A stretch of DNA of 64,000 nt. It comes from the human T2T-CHM13v2.0 reference genome, Homo sapiens. The first letter of the stretch is position 1. Every line of letters starts with the position of its first letter. This document shows positions 17,381 through 30,950 of this stretch, piece after piece. The notes beneath the pieces were generated by a model. That model did not search any database, was not told the origin of the DNA, and was given only the letters and a program-made list of their open reading frames with translations. Where the stretch lies: NCBI RefSeq assembly GCF_009914755.1, contig NC_060927.1; one strand, 5' to 3'. The position numbers and the translations under genes are program-made.

Positions 17381-18284
17381 ACACATTATATAACACTTAT
17401 GATTTTACCTAGAAATATTGATTCTGACATTTTAGTTTTCCTGAGACTATAAACCTAAAATTCATTAATCAATAGAATTACATTAATAAAACACTAGATT
17501 GCTGAGTAGACCAAAATAATACACTTTGATGATACTCTTATGAAAATAAGGGAATCTGTAAGCCAATGTGTCTAAAATTTCTCCTAAGTTCTGAAACATA
17601 TTTGTGAAGTGTATTGTTTTGTCTCGTTTTTACATGAGACTATTTTGTTGTTCACTATTAATGGAGATAAAACAGAAAATAACAGTAAGCTAATCAAACG
17701 AAACAAAATTTGGTAACAAAAAGCTACACTCTGGTTGTTAGCAAATCTGACATTGTATTTAGAGTTACCCAATTAAAGGTATAGTAGTAAATATTACTCT
17801 TGACATTCTACAAATGCTTGTAATTAGAAAGAGACCAAATAAATAATTTAGAACAAGTACTAGGGATATAGCCATGGTGTTAGAATCAAAGTTGAAAGAA
17901 CTTTTAAAATAAATAGCTGTTATTCTGGCTTTCCTAAACCATTTCATTCTCTCCTGGTAAGATATGAATTTTCCTTGAATAACCATGTCTCTCCTACTTT
18001 TATAGGAGGTTTGTGGGGGATTGATGCCAGTTCCAACGGTAGGCATGGGAACCACACCTGGCTTTTCAGAGCAGTACATATGCTTTCGGGCCATGGGAAT
18101 TGGCCATAGCCCAAATCAGTTCCACGAATGCTATCCTGAGGCTTTTGCTGTATTAACTGGGAAAGAGATATTCTCTTTTGCTGATGGTGGTGTTGGTAAA
18201 AGGGAAGCCTGGAGTTCCTGGTAAAGATGGTGTCAATACAGAGGAAAACCCACCTGAGAAAAGGGGATTTGGAAATGAAATATT

Positions 18285-18495
18285 AATGGTAATATCATAT
18301 GCTTACTATGTATGGGATCTCACTCTAGGCACCTTATATGTATTAATACAACACCACTCGGAAAAAGATAATATTAGGCACATTAGGCAGTCAAGGATAC
18401 TGAGGCCCAAGGGCATTAAGTAATGTGTGCATTATAGAGCTCAGCAAATATTTTCTCCACAATGAAAGAGTTAGGATTGAATCTAGATCCTACTA
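18285..18495 (-). mobile_element. MIR
   Basis: gcttactatgt...tctaggcacc...gatactgaggcccaagg...ggattgaatctagat. Confidence 0.55.
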
Positions 18496-19754
18496 CTCAT
18501 TGTCCCTAATTTTGCATTGGCCACAGATTCCAGTGATAAAGTTTTTGCTGCAGAAACTAGGAAAGAAATACTCTCTTTTGCTGAGCTTGAATTTGGGAAA
18601 ATGGAAACCTGGAATCATGAGCAATCATGGCTCCAATACAGAAAAAAAGTCGATCTAAAGTATGAGGATTTAGCAAAGATGTTTCTGAGGCTGACATGGA
18701 GTAAATACTTCATTTCTGGGATAATTGCTTTATAACTGCTTATTATAAAAATGTAGTTTGATTGTGGCTTATTTTTAGTATTTTATCCCACTTTAACAAC
18801 TTTATGAGTGGAATTCCAGTTGTGTAAAATTTATATAACAACCCTCATATAGAACCATATAATTCAAGGAAACTCAACCAGAATTAGAATTTGTGCTTTG
18901 TAAATTTGTCTTTAGCCATGCATGATGGAGTGGTCAAATCCAATTAAGTACCAATTTGCCAGACCTAAAAGAGCCATAGTCCAGAAGCAGTAAAAGTCTT
19001 ATACTTAAGTAGATTTGACTTAAATAAGTTGTGTTATTTCTTCTCTGTCATACCACCATCTGTAAACACTTACCTGTGTTGGTTATAGGACAGAACTGCT
19101 TATTCACCACCACCCAGATTCTTCTATTAAACTGTAGACCATATTTTTAATCCATTCATGGAAAACCTGTGAAACTACTGAAGGATGGGCCAGCCACAGT
19201 TTAAAAATAACTATCAAGCAATTCCACTTGATGGCATCCATGTGGCTACAAACCAAGAATCTGTGTATATGAGTAAACAAGTGAAACTCAGTTTATCTTC
19301 AAAAGAGGAGCTGCTCTTGAAAAATAGCGTGACAAGTTTACTGAGCAAAGCAGGAATATGAGCTCCTTCAGATGGTTTAGCAAAGTAAGATCTACATGGT
19401 CGTAATTAGTATGGCTTATCAATTGGATCTGTCCTACCTTTTATAGGGTCCAGCAGTACTACCTGACTATCTCCAAAGTTAGGTAATTAATGGAAAATGA
19501 CCTTAAAACTTTAAGAATTTATGACTGCTTTTCAAACTATTCTGTCTGAGAAGTATTAAATTGCTTCCTAAAGAAAGATAGACGAAACCTACATACAACT
19601 CAAGGGATGAGATGACATGAACCACAGGGTCTCAACTTGCCACCCACCTTCTATCCTATGATTTTGCTATGAATACTCAAACTTCTATCTAATATTGCTT
19701 TTAGAGCTGCAAAAACCAGTTAAGTGGGAGTAAAGGGTGCCATGGGCTGGATGG

Positions 19755-19913
19755 ATGCTAATCAAACTGTGATCCCAGGACCAGCAGCCGCAGCATCAAC
19801 TAAGAGCTGGTTAGAAATGCAGGATCTCATACGCAACCCCGGACCTGTATCAGAATCTGCATTTTAGACCCCCGGCTGATTTGTATGAATGTTAAAGTGT
19901 AAGAGGAACCCTG
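19755..19913 (+). mobile_element. MER5A1-like hAT MITE
   Basis: ggaccagcagc..gcatca..gagctggttagaaatgcag..tcagaatctgcattttag. Confidence 0.8.
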
Positions 19914-20145
19914 AAATATTTCTCTAAGAATGTTACATTTCCTAAAAGTCTATATTTATATACATGTTAGTATCCCAACCTTGATTTTTCTTCCTGCTGA
20001 TTGTAGCATTTAACAAGAACTAATAGTAATTACAGATAACACTTATTTTGTTGAAGGTTAACTATGTTTGCACTAAATACATTACCTAAATTACCCTATT
20101 TAATGTTAAAATTATTGCTTCTGAGATGTTATTTACTACATAGGG

Positions 20146-20295
20146 CAGTGATTCTTAAGCTTGAGCATGCAACAGAATCGCCCAAAGCGTTCTTTAAGAC
20201 ACAGATTGCTTGGCCTACTCCTAGAGTTTCTGATACAATATATTTGGGGTAGGCCCCAATAATTGAATTTCACCAGGTACTCAGGTGATGCTGAT
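20146..20295 (-). mobile_element. MER5A hAT MITE
   Basis: cagtgattcttaagcttgagcatgcaacagaatc...agagtttctgat...caggtgatgctgat. Confidence 0.8.
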
Positions 20296-22232
20296 TAAAG
20301 CCACGACCGTAGAGGTATGAAACACAAGTGTCTGTGAATTCAACTACTTGGGTCCATATCTGAGATATAGGCTATTTGTTACTTACACTCTTTTAAAACA
20401 ATTTACTGGTTAGTTAATCCTAGAAGTTCTGTTTGTATTTCTCTCCTTCCCAGAGTTGTTGCTGATTTTCTCCCTTCTTTCCCAGACCACCTGCAAAAGA
20501 CAATGCGCTTTTCTCACCTTTCTCCCTCTTTGCTATCCTTAAGTCTCAGACTTTTTTTTGTCTTTGATGTTATCAGTGCTAAGTATCAATGGGTGATAAG
20601 TATTTTTTGTATGTAAGAAACATTCCAGAAATCTCATAAGCTCTCAGAACTTACTCTCTTGACTTTAATTCCATGTTTTAATATTGAATTCCTAAAGCCC
20701 TTTATGTCCAAATAACTCAGTTATTTCAGATGAAATAATGAATTAAAATTCACATATTCGTAAGAAAAAGAGATTGCTGAAGTACTTTCATCTGCATTAC
20801 TGCATTTGCTTTTCCCAAGAATCTCATTAAATAAACAAGGCAAATAAGATAATGCCAGAAATAATTAGAAAAGCTAGACACAAAGTAGCAACAGGAAAAT
20901 AAGTCTTAGTTTAGGAAGATCCTCCTTTCTTAATGTCCATATTTCCAACTTTCCCTCTATGTTCAAATAGGGCCTCATATACATCTCAAAGCTAGGCATT
21001 AACTGCCAGATGGCTCCTAGGTTATATATGTATGTATTTATAAAACATGAATAGTTTTGCTTTATTTATATAAACATTCTTCAGTGAGAAAGAGCTGTAT
21101 TCATACTAGATTTTACCTAAAGAAACAAAGTGTTAGATGCTTGGGTTAACACCCACATGGATATAAAAATAGGCCAAAAAACCCTTCAGATCAACAATTA
21201 ATAGTGGGAATGCATACCTACTTTTTTCTCCCCTAGGTTTTGAATAGAAGTTATTTACATAGAAGGCATACCCACTGCAATGAGCACTAAAAAGAAGATA
21301 AATATTTCTAATCTCTTCCTTCAGGCTACTAACTCAATTAGTCCACTAACGTTAAATTACAGAAGAATAAGGATAGTAGTTAAGATATCTTATCTAGCTT
21401 GTCATCAACTCATATATGTCTTAAAATATATTTAATATTCTAAGAGAAGCATCCAGACTAAAATTTAAACATATATATATAATTAGTAGAAGCTTTAGCT
21501 TAATCTGATGTATATTCATGTGAAAATGCAGACCCATATAATCATGTGTAGAGTGCATATAAGGGTGGGTTCCTCAGGAGATTATTTAAGGGAACATCGA
21601 GCTTCCTGGGAAAATTTATGTCATAACGGACTAGAGAGTAAATCATTCTGGGAGTGTTGAAAAGAAAGGATGATTCTCAGATTGGCCCAAGACCCAGCCC
21701 ACATGGACTTCTATCTAGAGAGAGAAGCTGTGAATTACGAAATAAAATAAAATCTTCTTTTTTAGATTCACTAGTGCAATGTGTTCAACATGAACATGAT
21801 TTGTCTCAACTCTGGATGTGTCTTCCCTTATGCCATGGAGAATACTGGAAAGGACATCACACATCATTTCTACTTCTGATAGTTTCATGGGGCAGGGGCA
21901 CCCCTGGAGTGCATTGGGGCTGGGGAAGGAACATCACAGACACATTTGGATATGCTGGCTGACGGTGGTAGCACTATGCTGGCAGCTAAACAAGACTTAC
22001 CTGTAATGAATCAAGAATCAGAGAAAGAGAGAAAGAAAATGTCTAATGTCAGGTGGAAACCAAGAGTATTATGTTATTAAATACCCACAAGAAAGACAGC
22101 TTTTGGCCTCTTTCAGACATTGTGGGTTGAGGAGGTGAATAATTAGAGTTTGAATAGAGATTGCAATTCCTACAGTTGATGGATTATGTGTACATTGAAG
22201 TTCCAAATTCACTCAATTTAAATTTCAATGCA

Positions 22233-22513
22233 TGCATTATTTAGGGTTCTCCAGACAAACAAACCAACAAGGTCTGCGTGTGACTAAAGGCAAGTCAGCT
22301 GGCAGAATTCCTTCTTGCTTGAGGAAAGTCAGTGTTTGCTCTATTAAGGACTTCAACTGATTGGCTGGGGCCCACCCGAATTATGAGTAAAACGTGTTTT
22401 ACTCAAAGTCCAGCGATGGAAATGTTAATCTCTTCCAATAAACACCTTTACAGAAACATCCAGAATAATATTTGACCAAATATCTGGGTGTCATGGCATA
22501 AAATTAACCACCG
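22233..22513 (-). mobile_element. MLT2 (ERVL) LTR, internally deleted
   Basis: agggttctccaga...ctattaaggacttcaactgattgg...acagaaacatccagaataatatttgaccaaatatctggg...cataaaattaacca. Confidence 0.8.
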
Positions 22514-22567
22514 TGAGCCCTTTAACCACAAGGGCTAGAAGAAAATTCAATTTACCTCACTCAGTAA

Positions 22568-22924
22568 CTTTTTAAACTTTTATTTTAGGTTTAGGGGTAC
22601 ATGTGCAGGTTATATAGGTAAACTGGGCAACATAGGAGTTTCTTGTACAGGTTATTTAATCACTCAGGCACTAAGCCTAGTACTCAGTAGTAATTTTTTT
22701 CTGTTCCTCTCTCTCCTTCCACCCTCCACCTTCAAGTAGGGTTCAGGGTTTGTTGTTCCCCTCTTTGCGTCTGTGTGTTCTCATCATTTAGCTCCCACTT
22801 CTAAGTGAGAACACAGGTTTTTGGTTTTCTGTTCCTGCCTTAGTATGCTATGAATGATGACCTCCAGCTCCACCCATGTTCTTGCAAATGATATGATCTC
22901 GTTCTTTTTTATGGCTGCATAGTA
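22568..22924 (-). mobile_element. L1PA13-15-like 3' end
   Basis: ttttattttaggtttaggggtacatgtgcagg...catcatttagctcccact...atggctgcatagta. Confidence 0.85.
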
Positions 22925-23067
22925 ATTTAAACAATTGCATTGGGTAATACTTTCAGACAAATGCTTAGTATTCCCTATGCTCTGCTCTCTTTTAAAAGAG
23001 CAACAACAACTGCATGGGAGGGTGAGTACTTGCTTGACCTCATACCACTTAGGAAAATGACGGTATC

Positions 23068-23555
23068 TGTATTAGTCTCCTATCATTGCTAGAGCAAATT
23101 ACTACAAATTTGTTGGCTTAAGACAAAACAAATTTATCATACAGTTCTGAGGTCAGAAGTCTGAAATGGATTCTATGGGGTGAAATCAAGGTGTTGGAAG
23201 GTCTGTGTTCCTTCTGAGGGCTGTAAGGGAAGAATCTGTTTCCTTGCCTCTTTCAGCTTCTAGAAGCCACCTGCATTCCTTGATCCCTTCCTCCATCTCC
23301 TAAGTGCGTCGTCACTCTAACCTCTGCTTCCACAGTAACATCTCCTTTCTCTCTCTGACCTTCCTATCTTCCTCATAAAATGACTCTTGTGATTCCATTT
23401 TTCCTACCCAGATAATGCAGGATAACCTCTTCATCTCAAGACCATGAATTTGATCACGTATGTGGAGTTCCTTTGGCCAAGTTAGGCAACATATTCACAG
23501 GTCTCAGGGATTAGGATGTATACATCTTTTGGGGAGTATTATTTGGTCTACCACA
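23068..23555 (-). mobile_element. MLT1D-like MaLR solo LTR
   Basis: tgtattagt...aaattactacaaatttgttggcttaa...cccagataatgcaggataacct...gtctaccaca. Confidence 0.85.
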
Positions 23556-23617
23556 ATATCCTTCTACTTATAAGGGTCCCTGTACTATACTCTAAACCCA
23601 TTGGCCACACTTACAAC

Positions 23618-23803
23618 CAGGGACGTGGTGAAATCTTGCACTGGTTTTCAACAACCAATTGTGTGTACCTCTTATCTACTCACTCTTCCCTGATGACACA
23701 TTGGTAGCTTAAAATGTGCCATGGTGAAAAATAGGGAGATGTTACAAACCATGGCTTTTATTCTCAGGAGAGCTGATGGTTAAAACTGACCAATGTACTA
23801 CTG
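23618..23803 (+). mobile_element. MER63A-like hAT element
   Basis: gacacattggtagcttaaaatgtgccatggtg...ttacaaaccatggctttt...ggagagctg matches MER63A as I recall it. Confidence 0.6.
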
Positions 23804-24081
23804 CATACAACCATTTTCTACATGGTTATTGGGCTCCCTTCCTGACCTCTGCTGTACAAATCTGTGACTGGTGAACTCATATTCAGTTTTCTTGCTTTGG
23901 GAATGGTCCAACAGAGAATGAGCAACCTCCTGTCTGCTGATGGTGCCCCACTTCTGCCCTCTTAGGTACTCTATAGTTCCCCTGAGGTCCAATTAGGACT
24001 CCTATCACCTGCTGGGCTGAGTGGTCTCACCAGTGGCCATTGTCCACAGAGCCAGATCCTCCCTGATGCTGTAACATCATC

Positions 24082-24540
<459 letters not shown>

Positions 24541-25809
24541 ATAGTCAGCTTCCTCAGCCATATTTTAACAGAAACTTCTGGATACCTTTTACTCCCACAC
24601 CATGTGGGAGACAGCAGAGCTGCAGATTAACATTTAAACATGCTAATCATGGTAGCACTCTCTCCCTCTGTTAGTTCACATGTTCCCATTTAGATAACTC
24701 ATCACCTTTAGTTTTAGCATCCAGTCCTTTAGCTTACTTTCCATTTCATTTTCTTGTATCCCAAAGGGTTTTTGGTATATGGAATAAGCCTTATGTGAAT
24801 TGGGAGTAAGGATCATCTCTGGCCTCCTAATTCTGGTCCTCGGGAATATACTGGCTGATATCCACTGGGGTGTGGTTGTTTGGGTGCCCAGCTAAGGGCA
24901 TTCTGCCCTGTTTATTGTTGAAGGCCTGCCACTACAATTGAAGCTCATTTCATTTCCAGCTCTATCAGATAATAGGATATTTTCCTGGCTAACCTCATCC
25001 TGTATTGATTCATGTTGATGCTGCAAACTACCCTGAGTCTCTGCTACATCATTAAGTCAAACCCATGTCTAGAAGGTGGGGTTTTCTTGCCTCTTACCTT
25101 CCCAGGATCCAGAGTAGGACCAACATTTCTCAACTCAGCTACAGAGGGCTTCACCACGTAAGAAAACAGAAGAAAATCTGAATTCCTCCTCTCTGCCAGA
25201 AGGCAACTGAGGAATACTCTAGAGTGCAAATTAAGCTCTGTCTGATCTCTTTGCTTTGCACAAATTCACCATACAAAGTGGAATAGTCCTGGAGTCCTAA
25301 ATGACGTATGAGCCATAAAGCTCCTTCAAGCCTTGGCATCTCTATGAATCTCTTTAATGTACATACCTTGCCTCTCTGGGGCTTCATGTCTTACTTCTGG
25401 TTTTCTCCTATTCTGCCCACCTCCTTTTAATTTTTAACATCTTCCCAAATCACATGTGATAAACAAGTCTCTGGCATTGCTCATAAGAGTAAGTAATGCA
25501 GGAATACTTCAGATAACTTTATTCTGTTTTAAATTTTAAAATCTTTTAACTATTGGATTCCTAATAACACCACCTCTCCACAGAAAACAGGAAACATTCA
25601 TCTTCCATGATATCAAAAGGAGCATGATATTATACAAATTGATTGTAGTTGAACCTGAAAGAAATTGATATACAAGATTTGGTGGTTGACTACTATATTA
25701 AGTGAATTAAGGCAGCCATTGAACAGTGTAAGGGAGAACAGGCAGATTTTTAAACATCATTGTATAATTGATCTTATGTGAAGGACAATGACAATATTAT
25801 TATTGACAG

Positions 25810-25927
25810 AATTGCAACTTCTTAATTGCCCTGATTTGATCATTACACATTGTATGAATATATAAAAATATCACGTGTACCCCGTAAATATCTATAATTA
25901 TTGTGTATCAATAAAAATAAATAAAAA
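25810..25927 (+). mobile_element. L1MA-type extreme 3' end
   Basis: ccctgatttgatcattacacattgtatg...atatcacgtgtaccccgtaaatat...tcaataaaaataaataaaaa. Confidence 0.8.
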
Positions 25928-27504
25928 GATCTATGTGAGAGAAGTACAGAACAACATTATTGATTGCTGTGGTAAAGAAATTATTTCAGAATCAGTCATA
26001 TGGGATGTGGGGTCTCCGCTTTGATTTTTTTTCCATCAGAAATGAAATGAATTAAAATAGTCCCTGATGCTTGTATTAGTGAGAATATTATATACTCTTA
26101 AGATTTTTTTCTGGAACTAAAGAGATTTCTTAAGGAAATTCTATATGAAGGGAAGGAAAATATTTTATGGCAGTAGGAATAAAAACAGAATAGCAAGAAT
26201 TACAAACACTGGGACACTTTTGTTAGTGATTAGGCAAAAGGGGTCCTTGACTAGTAAATAAAATGAGACTGACAGGATTATGATCATAAATTACTATCTA
26301 CTGAGCACACATAACACATATTAGCTTATTCTGACACTTTCCTGATTGTCTCAAATGTAAGAACTCCTGTTAAAATAGTTAATAAAGAGAACATGTCCCT
26401 ACTTTTATAATATTGTAATTTTTCTGCCATACAAATTGGATTTTGGTAGAAGAATTATGTATGACTCTCCAAAACCTTATATTGTCTTCATTAAAAAACA
26501 ATGGAGAGCAGTCACTTCTCAATTTTTGTTAAAATAAGGATAGAAGAGTTTGTTGTTAAAAGTTTTTAATTTGGGTCTCATTTACAGTTAATAACATGTA
26601 AATTACACATAAGGAAAGTTAAGAGTATTCAAAATAGTATTCAGATACCCCAGGGTAAAAATCAGTTTATCAAGGACTTTGAATTTTAGATGGAGGATGA
26701 AATGAAAAGAAAAATATGAAAGACAGCTTGTCCCAGTAACTCCCATGTATGACATCCTAGAGTAGGGATCCTAACACATATGTGACTTGTATGGGAAAAG
26801 AATAAAGGAGACATAATAGAATACTTGGCATTAACACATTCCTTAATAATTGTGCAATGAGTACTTATCAGGTTAAAAATATAAATGTACTTCTAGGAAA
26901 AAAATTACCACCATATGAAGACACAATCCTCAAGTGAAGGTGTAACAAGAAACAAGAAAAACACATAAAATATTGCTGAAAGGAAGTAATTTGGAATAAA
27001 GTATACATACTCGGACACTCTTTTACAATGAAGTCCTAAAACTTGATGGTCAGAATGCCAAGCAAAAGAGCAAGACCAGATGCAAACTGTGGTGTACACA
27101 GCCCCCCTGCCCCTGCACAGATGGATTACATGCTCTTCAAATTAACTGCAATGCTCAGGATTGATTCACAACCACCAGAGCTAGGTTTAGAGAGAGAGAG
27201 AACGCTACTTGCTTTCATGACTGGTAGATCGATGACAGTCCCTAAAACATCGCTGAAAATATAACAAGAAGGAATCACTTTGATGAGTCTCTTGGGCTGG
27301 CAATTAGTTTTCCCCCAGTACATGTTAGAATACAAACAGATGGTCATGAAATGCCTCCATAGCAGACTTTTCCTTGCCGACTGAGGTATGTAAACTGAGC
27401 CACAGCCATCTCTTTCCTCTTCCTCACCCTTTTTCCCTTACTGACTTTCTCTATTTCTAACTAAATGTTACTGTAGACTCCCATTTAAAGGACCGAACGC
27501 ATAC

Positions 27505-27775
27505 CAGGGAATCTGAATTTTCATGAAGTACCCAAGGTGATTCTGAATCAGGGATTTTAAAGACCAAAAGTCAGAGAAACACTCTACTTCTCAACACCTG
27601 ATTTTGCTTTACCCACTTCATTTAAACAGCTTCTCAAAGATAATCTATCATTTTACAAGTTCCAGATCTCCCACAGAGGTCGCCTATTTTAACCTCTCTG
27701 AAAAAACTCTTCAGCACAAGGTAGACAACCACTTCCTCTTTTTCTGAAGCTCTCTCCTCCTTTGGCTTCTGAATC
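27505..27775 (+). mobile_element. MER5-type fragment followed by L2 fragment
   Basis: ggaatctgaatttt...ccaaggtgattctga...gagaaacactc, then cagcac...gacaaccacttcctc...ctctctcctcctttggcttctg. Confidence 0.5.
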
Positions 27776-27814
27776 AAGGAGCAATCCAAGGTAGTCTCCA
27801 GGCCTGACAGCTAT

Positions 27815-28060
27815 TGTAACATCATGAATATGCGTGTGGACTCTGGAACCAGCTTGCCAGGCTCAGGGACTGGCCCTACCTCTTTCCAGTTACATGACCT
27901 TTGGCAAATTTCTTTACTTTCCTTTGTATTAGTTTATGGTCTACATAATGTATACTAATGACTGTATCTAAATCATAAAATAAGAGAATCACATTAATTA
28001 TACACAGAATTTTTAGAATAAAATCTAGAACAATGTAAATGCATGAAAAATGTTACTCAT
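27815..28060 (+). mobile_element. MIR
   Basis: gtggactctggaaccag...atgacctttggcaaatt...ttagaataaaatctagaacaatgtaaatgc. Confidence 0.6.
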
Positions 28061-29382
28061 CATTTATATTTTTGATACCTTTATTATCTGCTTAGCAGAC
28101 CCGTTGTCTTCCTCCTATAAGACAGGAATTAAATTTTAAGGTTGTTTCCCCTTTTCTTCTTTCTTTTTGTTGTTTTTTTTAATAACACCCCCAGATGTAG
28201 CTATTCTACCAGTGAGAATAAGATCTAGGTCAGAATTCTTATTCCTTACAGGAAGTGTTTATTAAGTATTTGTTAAGGAAATTAAATATTCTTGCATTAA
28301 TTCGGCTTTTATTACTCTCCATTTAAAACTACAGTTTTTTAACCTCTTATGCATTGATTAGTTCACATATTCTCTAACTTTTTATACTTCTACTGAGTCA
28401 CTGAAATAAAATCTTGAAGTAAAAATCACACTTTTTCTCAAGTAAACTATTGAATTGAAATTTATGTACACATATTCATTCCTCTCAGGGTTGGAAAATT
28501 GGAAACGAGTAGAAAATATGACTTGTTCATATCTTTGATTTCAACACTGTACCTGATACAAGTAGTTGTAAACAGATAATACATATATGGTCCAGCTTTT
28601 ATTTTTGTACCTGCACACAAAGTGCCAACCTTAACTGGAATAGAGTCTAGATGTCCTTTACAAAAGTTCCCTGGGAATAACTCTAATCTCACGTATTTTT
28701 AAATTAGTGAGTAAGCAAAGTCAGCTTTACAAGCGATTCCAGATGTAAGATGAAAGAGGGAATTACAGCGCACATTACAAAGCCAACAAATTCATAGCAG
28801 ATGTGTCTGTTCCCTCTATCCTCTCCTATCCTTGATCTCATCAGGACATTCACTTTCTGACATCTCCGGTTTATAACCCCCAGATTCATGGGTTCTTTAT
28901 TTTCACTATTAGGCTGGGCAGGTGAGTTATATCTGAGTTTCTAACTGCACACTAGCATAAGTAAATTCATCACAATTTCCATTAAACAATGCATACCACC
29001 TTTAAGTCTACTTCAGAGTAATCTTAGAGATATTCTGAAGTTCTATTGGAAACCAGAGTTATTGGGCGCTTTTTCCCTGACTTTATAGGTTTCCTTACTT
29101 GTGTTTAGGTCCAGTGTTTTATCTCATTTTTATCCCTTTTCTTTTACTCTTCCAGAAATCCCTCACTATTTTATTCTTAACAAGTTCACAGTGCTGCTAT
29201 ACATCTATTTGCTTTTATTTTCAAGTTTCTTACAAAATACTATCGCAATTTTGGAAGCAAGGAAAGAGAAGACATGTATCTGGGCTGCTATTTTTGAAAA
29301 TTACTTTCTGATCTCTCCTTGAAAAACTCAAAATTAATATTTAAGGAAACTATTTAGTGAATTGAATCTGTAATACCATCTT

Positions 29383-29411
29383 ACACACACACACATACAC
29401 ACACACACACA
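29383..29411. repeat. (CA)n microsatellite, interrupted
   Basis: Directly visible. Confidence 0.9.
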
Positions 29412-30625
29412 TTCATGCCATTGCTTAGTGTTTCTGAGAAACAAACAAAAAACACGGTGGTTAAGAGAAGGAGTGCCAGGCCTGGTGTAGATCTATAGAA
29501 ACTAGAAGCCAGTTTCAAAAGGGTGGGCCTCAGAATGCAAAATAACTTGTTAAGGGCGTAAATCAGGAAAGAAAAATTCATGCATACAAGAATCTCACCT
29601 TTATTACTACTAGCTCCATTACCTTGGGAAAATTACTTCTAGGGGAAATGTAAAGGAAGGAAAACAAAAGTTAAAAAGCTTATACTTTCAAACCTAGAAA
29701 AGCAGAGGAGTGATTACTTTCCTAAGATTATAGATAGGAAACACAGGGACTGGAAGATGTTGTCGGTGGACGTGATTAGTAACTGAAAGAGGTAAAAGAT
29801 GAAGAAACAAGGTAGCTCTATGTGTACTAAACAGATTTGAAGTTCACACATTAAAAAAAATTCTGCACTCTCATTTCATACTACCAGTGCTGTAAGCTGC
29901 CAATACCTTCAAGTTCTTCAAACTTCCCTAAACACACTCACTCCCACGCACATACATGCAGAGAAGCACAAATGAAAATCTCCTCTATCTCAAATAGATT
30001 ATATTTCCAAGCTAAACGTTATAAATTTAATTCATTCTCTTTTCTTTTTTGGCTTCACTTAATTTTCACTTCATCTAGCTCTTCAAAACAATGGTCATGA
30101 AAAACTAGAGTATACTTCATCTTGGACAGAGTAACCTATTGGATGGATTCCAGACAGGAGTCGGTCTGGATTATCAGGCTCAGGTTGTAAAACCTCATCA
30201 TTGTCCTAGTACACAGGGTTTCTCAGGGACAGAGATTGCACAAAGAAATCTCTGTGTTGCAAAAGACAGTGCCCTTCAATGGAATTCATATTAAGTCCAG
30301 GTAAAACAAATAGCCAGTGGCTGGAACTTTAAATAACTGACATGTTTTCTTTTTAGGGTGAAAAAAATTGGTAACAAAAGCCAGAAACATGATCCAAATT
30401 TGAACACAGTGAAATTAGCATTTTTCACTTTCTTCTACATTTTTATCCTTCAATGATAAAAAAGGAATTTACTTCAGTCAAACAAGAATACAGTGTCTTA
30501 TTATATATTTTTGAACAATTTAATATCTGCATTTTTTCATGGCCTCCCCTCGGCTGAACTTCTGAAGGATATGGTCGGTAAGAGAAAAGTATGAGGAAAG
30601 CGCCACATTTCAATATATCATATGC

Positions 30626-30950
30626 TGATATGGTTTGGTTGTGTCCCCAGCCAAAATCTCATCTTGAATTGTAATCCCCATACTCTTTACAATCCCCACG
30701 TGTCAAAGGAGAGACCATGTGGGGGTAATTGAATCATGGGGCCAGTTTTCCCCATGCTGTTCTTGTGATGTTCATTCTCCTTCCTGCCACCTTGTGAAGA
30801 AGGTGCCTTGCTTCTCCTTTGTTTTCCACCATGATTGTAAGCTTCCTGAGGCCTCCCCAGCCATGTGGAACTGTGAGTGAAATCTTTTTCTTTTATAAAT
30901 CACCCAGTCTTGGCCAGTTCTGTATAGCAGTATGAAAATGGACTAATACA
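30626..30950 (+). mobile_element. THE1D-like MaLR solo LTR
   Basis: tgatatggtttgg...catgattgtaagcttcctgaggcctccccagccatgtggaactgtgagt...ggactaataca; 5-bp TSD tatgc/tatac. Confidence 0.9.
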
